DNA from: a virus
Lineage: Duplodnaviria; Caudoviricetes
Direction: 5' to 3' (one strand)
Virus record (IMG/VR): IMGVR_UViG_3300044730_002040
Span: 1 to 64,000 of that record
DNA length: 64,000 nucleotides
Shown here: in pieces, positions 59,363 through 64,000 of the stretch
How the letters are laid out: each line of letters begins with the position of its first letter
Position numbering within the stretch: position 1 is the first letter of the stretch
Made by a program: the position numbers and the translations under genes
The notes under the pieces: model-generated
Database searches by the model: none
Told to the model about the DNA's origin: nothing
What the model saw: the letters and a program-made list of their open reading frames with translations, nothing else

Positions 59363-59626
59363 ATGATTAATAATTTCAATCAGGAGACGGGAGGTCAACT
59401 TTTCGAGTCTATAAAATTCCAAGACCTCAAAGATGTTAGAAATTTGATAGAGGACTTGAACTTTGAACAATCTCTTTTTTTTCTAAATAAATGTGTCGAT
59501 TACTCTTATTCAAAAGGAGTTTTTTCGTTATTGGAAAGTGAAGTAATTTCAAAATCTTTATCAATAATAAATTCTAAGTTTATCAACAATAAAGACTTCA
59601 ACCAACAAGAAACAAATAATATTTAA
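59363..59626 (+). CDS. Hypothetical protein
   Basis: 87-aa ORF. Confidence 0.55.
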   Translation: MINNFNQETGGQLFESIKFQDLKDVRNLIEDLNFEQSLFFLNKCVDYSYSKGVFSLLESEVISKSLSIINSKFINNKDFNQQETNNI

Positions 59627-59652
59627 AAAAAAGGGTCCCGAAGGACCCTTTT
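59625..59652. terminator. Bidirectional rho-independent terminator downstream of the major capsid gene
   Basis: AAAAGGGTCC-CGAA-GGACCCTTTT with A- and T-runs on both sides, between convergent genes. Confidence 0.88.
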
Positions 59653-59671
59653 ATATTTTGGTTAGACCATA

Positions 59672-61483
59672 TTATCTCAACTCTTTCAAATCGAATGTTC
59701 TAACTCCATCAACTGTGATTCTACCATAGAAACGGTTGTTAACCATTTTCTTAGCGTATCTAGTCATGATACCCTTGATAGGTGTGAAGTTGAATGGGTT
59801 ATACATTGTTGGAGTAAGTTGTAAAGGTACATATGGTGCGTAGATGTAACCTGTGTCAAGTAAAGATGTACCTTTGTGACCCAACAACACTTGGTTTGGT
59901 GGGAAATAAGGGTCTCTATACACTTGATATCTACCAGCTAAAGTACCAACTCTTTCAATACCCATGTTATATTGGTCTTGCTCAGGAGCTGCATTTGAAA
60001 CGTGGAAATACTCCAAGTCATCAAAAATTGCACTGATTTCAGAAGATACAACAATCCAGTTAGCACCACCTCTTAAAGTAGACTTATGGATTTGAGCTGA
60101 AATTTGGTTGATTGCTGTGATAAGCGTTTGGTTCCAGTCTTTCTGAGTGTAAGGAACTGCGTTAGTACCTAATCTCTTCCAACCGTTGTAATCCCATCTC
60201 AAGTTCCAAGCTGCACCTTTTCTAAGGTCTCTCAAGATTTCTCTATCGATTTCAGCTGCAACTTGCTCAGACAACAAAGCTGTCAATTCAGCTTCAGCGT
60301 CGATGTTGTGGAATGCTGCAACGTCTTGTGCCATTTCTGGTGACCATTGAGCTCTTAATTTTCTTTCAGTTACAGAAACTGTTACTGACATAAGGTCAAA
60401 TGAAACCTCACCCATTCTGTCTTCGAATTCCAAATTCTTGTAAATTCTGTATACAGGAGTGAAAGCTTGGTTATTTGCTGTAGTTGAAGAGAATGTTGAA
60501 CCTGTGTAACCATCAATACATCCTGTGCAACTTACACAACATGGAACCTGAAGGTCTACTTCAAGATAGATTTCTCCATCAGGAGTACAAAGGTCATCAT
60601 ACTGACCACCACCTGTTTTACTGTTAGGGAAAACTGCAGTTGCGTTCGTATTACCATACTGAACGATTCCTTTACCGTATCTCTGAGTTACAACTCTGAA
60701 AAGGTATGGACCACCAGCTTTTCCTGTACCAGTGTTGAGGTTATTTCCTGTTGCACTACCATAGATAGTCAAATCAGCCAAGAAAGACTCGTTGTCCATT
60801 GGTTGACCATCAGGACCAATTAATTTACCAGCACCATCGCTAGCAAAACCTGACATGATTAACAATACCTTTCTGTAATTGTCTTCACCATAACCTGAAA
60901 CATTTAAGTTCAAAGTTGTGTTGTTCCATACAGCGGTTACTGCAGTACCTGTCACAGCTGAGAATTGACCTTTAGAATAGTCATACAAACCTGGTGGGTC
61001 TAATGCTGGTTCGTTACCTTCATAAAATCTATCATAAAGGTCTCTTCCTGCATTATAATCGTAACCATTGTTTGGGTCTGTTGGACCGTTTGGTGCTCCT
61101 ACTGGTGCACGGTGAATACCGTTATCAGCAGTGCTTTCATCAGTATAACTTTGAATGTTAGGTACAAAGTAGAACAATTTACCAATTGGTAAGTTCATTG
61201 CTTGTACTGATACAATATCGTTAGCTAACAATTTAGAGAAAACTCTTCTAACGATAGGGAAAACCACAGTTTCAAACGCACCTGTATCAGATGTCGTTGC
61301 TGCTTCGTTGATTAAGTAACTTGCTTGGTTTTCATAAAGCTGAGCTACGTTTTCTTTCAAGTGACCTTTAAGACCCTCAAGGAATCCTAATTTGTCCCAC
61401 TTGCTGATTGTGTCTTCTTTGATAACTTTAAGGTGCTTAAGACCGATGTTACCAACAAGACCTGATTCTAATAATGCTCCCAT
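59672..61483 (-). CDS. Major capsid protein (T4 gp23-like) with a large insertion
   Basis: PIVRRVF..L.ANDIVSVQAMNLP.G, RKLRAQWSPEMAQD..AFH.IDAEAEL...EIDREI, YAPYVPL, F.P.KGIMTRYA. Confidence 0.95.
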   Translation of the reverse strand: MGALLESGLVGNIGLKHLKVIKEDTISKWDKLGFLEGLKGHLKENVAQLYENQASYLINEAATTSDTGAFETVVFPIVRRVFSKLLANDIVSVQAMNLPIGKLFYFVPNIQSYTDESTADNGIHRAPVGAPNGPTDPNNGYDYNAGRDLYDRFYEGNEPALDPPGLYDYSKGQFSAVTGTAVTAVWNNTTLNLNVSGYGEDNYRKVLLIMSGFASDGAGKLIGPDGQPMDNESFLADLTIYGSATGNNLNTGTGKAGGPYLFRVVTQRYGKGIVQYGNTNATAVFPNSKTGGGQYDDLCTPDGEIYLEVDLQVPCCVSCTGCIDGYTGSTFSSTTANNQAFTPVYRIYKNLEFEDRMGEVSFDLMSVTVSVTERKLRAQWSPEMAQDVAAFHNIDAEAELTALLSEQVAAEIDREILRDLRKGAAWNLRWDYNGWKRLGTNAVPYTQKDWNQTLITAINQISAQIHKSTLRGGANWIVVSSEISAIFDDLEYFHVSNAAPEQDQYNMGIERVGTLAGRYQVYRDPYFPPNQVLLGHKGTSLLDTGYIYAPYVPLQLTPTMYNPFNFTPIKGIMTRYAKKMVNNRFYGRITVDGVRTFDLKELR

Positions 61484-61511
61484 TTTGAGTATTTTTAGTT
61501 TTTGTTTATTT

Positions 61512-63134
61512 TTATTTTATCTTACTCATCAAATCTTTCATTCTCATAAACTGAGGATTTTCGTAAGTTTTTGATTCAATAAGATTGATTGCTGAACCTG
61601 AAGTCACAGTTGTATTCAACTTGTTTTCTACAGACTCAGTAATCGATTTACTTTCTCCTTGAGATAATTCTTCTTTGATTGACTTATAAAGACCTTTCGA
61701 CTCTTTCAAAGTCTCAACAGAATCAAATCTTCTTAGGATGTTAATTTTTTCCTTTTTAGTAGTTGAGTGTTCAGTGAACAATCTTGTTGCGTAAGCTAAG
61801 TTTGAATTAAAAATAGCCACTTCATTTAATTTTTCTCTGAATAAATTAAGAGCCTTTCTGTACTCCTCATTCTTTTCTCTCAACATACTTACTTCCGCCT
61901 CGAGGGATTCTACTTTAACTCCATTGTCTGTATACACATAGTTTCTATTGTTGGAAATTGCTTTTCTGTAACCTCTTCCTTCTTTAGAACCCATAGCGTA
62001 TGTTCTTGCAGCTTCTTTTGTTTCAGTTTTTTCATAGTCCTTGTAGTGACCTTTTACGTCACCAGCTTTCTTTTCAACACCGTCAACTTTTTTACGCTTG
62101 AACTCGTGCTTTTTAGAACCATATCCCTCTTTAGTTTCAGCCTTTACGATTTTGGATTTACCTTCCATATTAGCACCTTTCTTGTATTCGAATTTAGCTT
62201 TACCAGTTCCCATAGTAGCATTACCCTGCTTCATATCTTCTTTGAATCCACCTTTACCAGATGACTTGTAAGAAAATTTAGGACCTTTACCAATTCCAAC
62301 ACCTTTAGGTTTAATCGCTTTCTTGTGGTTGTACGCTTCGTCTAAATTGTCATCTTCATCAGATTTCTCATCTAGCATTGATTCGTCCTCTTCATCAGAT
62401 TCCATCATTTCATCTTCATCAGATTCCATCATTTCATCTTCATCAGATTCCATCATTTCATCTTCATCAGATTCCATCATTTCATCTTCATCAGATTCCA
62501 TCATTTCATCTTCATCAGATTCCTCATCCAAAGTAATTTCATACATTACTTCCTCACCTTCCATTTCAGGTTCCATTTCAGTTTCCATGTCAGTTTCCAT
62601 ATCTGTTTCCATGTCTTCATCAGAATCCTTGAACAAATCAGCAACAATTGCATCCAAGTCAGAATTTTCTTCCTCATTAACCTTAGATTTTGTTTTTGAT
62701 TCACCGAGTTTAATAATGTACTCATTATCTGAGTCATTGTCAGTGAGTTGAATTTCCTCATCGTCTTTTGTTACGATAATTCCATCCTCTTCACTCATAG
62801 CTTTGAAAACCTTTAAGATTTCCTCATCAGACGCTCCAGTCAAATCGATTGGAGTTTCATCAGAATCCATGTCAAGTTCCATTTCCATTTCACCCTCCAT
62901 GTCATCAACTTCTGCATCCATTTCAATGTCCATCTCTTCTTCATCAGAAGCGGGCATTTCCATTTCAGCGTCAACGTCAACCTCCTCTTGTTCAGAAAGA
63001 GATTCTTTTACTAATTGGTTGATTTCTTCCTTCATCGTTGAAGCAAGTATTCCTTTTGCATTTTCGGCGATAGCCTCTTCAACATTTTTCATTTGAATGA
63101 GCGCCTCTTCTACTAGATTTTTATTTTCTTGCAT
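61512..63134 (-). CDS. Prohead core / scaffolding protein (T4 gp22-like)
   Basis: Very acidic N-terminal half and coiled-coil C-terminus, directly upstream of the capsid gene; many (L/I/V/M)xE sites. Confidence 0.75.
   Translation of the reverse strand: MQENKNLVEEALIQMKNVEEAIAENAKGILASTMKEEINQLVKESLSEQEEVDVDAEMEMPASDEEEMDIEMDAEVDDMEGEMEMELDMDSDETPIDLTGASDEEILKVFKAMSEEDGIIVTKDDEEIQLTDNDSDNEYIIKLGESKTKSKVNEEENSDLDAIVADLFKDSDEDMETDMETDMETEMEPEMEGEEVMYEITLDEESDEDEMMESDEDEMMESDEDEMMESDEDEMMESDEDEMMESDEEDESMLDEKSDEDDNLDEAYNHKKAIKPKGVGIGKGPKFSYKSSGKGGFKEDMKQGNATMGTGKAKFEYKKGANMEGKSKIVKAETKEGYGSKKHEFKRKKVDGVEKKAGDVKGHYKDYEKTETKEAARTYAMGSKEGRGYRKAISNNRNYVYTDNGVKVESLEAEVSMLREKNEEYRKALNLFREKLNEVAIFNSNLAYATRLFTEHSTTKKEKINILRRFDSVETLKESKGLYKSIKEELSQGESKSITESVENKLNTTVTSGSAINLIESKTYENPQFMRMKDLMSKIK
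62389..62523 (-). repeat. Perfect 24-bp tandem repeat x5.6 (EMMESDED)
   Basis: TCTTCATCAGATTCCATCATTTCA is repeated identically on the plus strand. Confidence 0.95.
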
Positions 63135-63203
63135 AGCAATAATTATTGATTTAACTAATAAATATTGTTAATTATAAAAAAAGTTAAAAAATTATGGAAT
63201 TTA

Positions 63204-63542
63204 TTATACTGCTGAGAAAAAACTTGAAACCTGTCTTGTCATAAAATCTATTTGCCAACCCATTTCTTTTCTCATGTCTATAACAGCTTGAATTTGTCTC
63301 CAGTCATCATCAAAAATTATTACGGTATCAACACTACTTCCCTCAATCAAACTAAATTGTAATCTCCAACTTACTGTAGCCATGGCAGATTTTACATCCA
63401 TGGTAGATGTTACAAGATTTGAACCGATAATTTGAAAACCTTGTTTTTCCAAATAATTGATACCTGAAGAAAAAGTATTACATTCGACTACGGCGAGAAG
63501 GTTGCCCTCCCTCGAATCTTTATAGGAAACAGAAATATACAT
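63204..63542 (-). CDS. Hypothetical protein
   Basis: Likely start ATG 63542 (MYISVSY), preceded by TATTTAT at 63560-63566. Confidence 0.55.
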   Translation of the reverse strand: MYISVSYKDSREGNLLAVVECNTFSSGINYLEKQGFQIIGSNLVTSTMDVKSAMATVSWRLQFSLIEGSSVDTVIIFDDDWRQIQAVIDMRKEMGWQIDFMTRQVSSFFSAV

Positions 63543-63577
63543 AAAAAGTAAATTTGACAATAAATAGTTATAAAAAC

Positions 63578-63603
63578 TAAAAAGTGGCCCTAAGACCACT
63601 TTT
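63578..63603 (-). terminator. Probable terminator
   Basis: Minus strand AAAGTGGTC-TTAG-GGCCACTTTT. Confidence 0.6.
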
Positions 63604-63814
63604 ATTTTTCAATTACTTCATCAATTTTACTTTCAGAGACTGAAGTTATCCTCCAATCATATGAAAATGATTCGTACCTTTTGGTTACTTTAGCTTCTAC
63701 ATCAGTAACCGAAAAACCTTTTACTAATTTTTCTTCTCTGATTTTTTTTATTTTACCTGTGGTATCATCAGGAAGTTCATACTGAATTTTTGCTACAAAA
63801 TACTTTTCGTCCAT
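63602..63814 (-). CDS. DUF4494-like small protein
   Basis: YFVAKIQYE...GKIKKIREEKLVKGFSVTDVEAKV...I.SV.ESKI.EV resembles the Bacteroidota DUF4494 family. Confidence 0.6.
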   Translation of the reverse strand: MDEKYFVAKIQYELPDDTTGKIKKIREEKLVKGFSVTDVEAKVTKRYESFSYDWRITSVSESKIDEVIEK

Positions 63815-63818
63815 AAAT

Positions 63819-63998
63819 TTATTTTCCCAAAAAATCGTTAAGTTTTTTCATTAAATCAATAGATTTATTCATTGGACCTTCAAGTTTTGCAACTTTTTCT
63901 TCCTCTAAATTTTCTTCGTATTGACCCCTCTCATTTACATCAGAAAATAAATAAGCACCGGGTGTTGACGGTGAAGAAACTAAATCAAAACAAATTAA
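63819..63998 (-). CDS. Prohead protease (T4 gp21-like), C-terminal fragment
   Basis: Manual translation LICFDLVSSPSTPGAYLFSD...FLGK* contains the D.V..PS..A motif; upstream of scaffold and capsid genes; truncated by the window edge. Confidence 0.8.
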   Translation of the reverse strand, partial: LICFDLVSSPSTPGAYLFSDVNERGQYEENLEEEKVAKLEGPMNKSIDLMKKLNDFLGK

Positions 63999-64000
63999 TT

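Noticed and set aside
62389-62523. 24-bp direct repeats as a CRISPR array
   Set aside because: The repeats are contiguous with no spacers and are in frame within the scaffold gene; no cas genes are present.
1-64000. Alternative genetic code (stop-codon reassignment as in some Lak or crAss-like phages)
   Set aside because: Genes are full length and densely packed under code 11, and TAA, TAG and TGA all serve as genuine stops.
1-64000. Eukaryotic giant virus or bacterial chromosome origin (suggested by SET, SNF2, GT60 and the sugar cluster)
   Set aside because: The T4-like capsid, scaffold, protease, sheath, tube, neck and gp55-like genes, operon packing and rho-independent terminators identify a tailed phage.
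1-64000. tRNA, rRNA, integrase or transposase genes
   Set aside because: Intergenic gaps are short and none showed a cloverleaf or other hallmark by eye; a tRNAscan/Infernal run would be needed to exclude them formally.

Overview
This 64-kb AT-rich window comes from a large T4-like (myovirus, probably jumbo) bacteriophage read in the standard genetic code. Weak evidence points to a Bacteroidota host: no obvious Shine-Dalgarno sites, one TTG-N20-TAnnTTTG promoter and a DUF4494-like gene. It holds the core morphogenesis genes (tape measure, tail chaperone, tube, sheath, neck and terminator proteins, baseplate hub/spike, major capsid protein, scaffold, prohead protease). It also holds a family B DNA polymerase, SNF2 helicase, gp55-like late sigma factor, dUTPase, PhoH, a SET-domain protein, an SOD fusion and a stand-alone WYL protein. 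The most striking feature is a probable phage-encoded O-glycosylation ('phage mucin') system. Mucin-like Thr/Pro-rich and collagen-like Ser/Thr-rich fibre genes lie directly upstream of a GT60-like polypeptide GlcNAc-transferase, a GT25 and two HtrL-like genes. A second cluster of about 16 kb encodes many more glycosyltransferases, two methyltransferases and a Gmd/ColD/Fcl(ColC)-type GDP-colitose or GDP-fucose pathway. Other highlights are a candidate +1 programmed frameshift in the tail chaperone, a sense-strand TATTTAT motif upstream of about 17 genes (the reverse complement of the T4 late promoter), recurrent (L/I)xE protease-site leaders on non-structural proteins, and a structured leader upstream of the DNA polymerase. 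All family assignments come from motif recognition by eye; no database searches were run.
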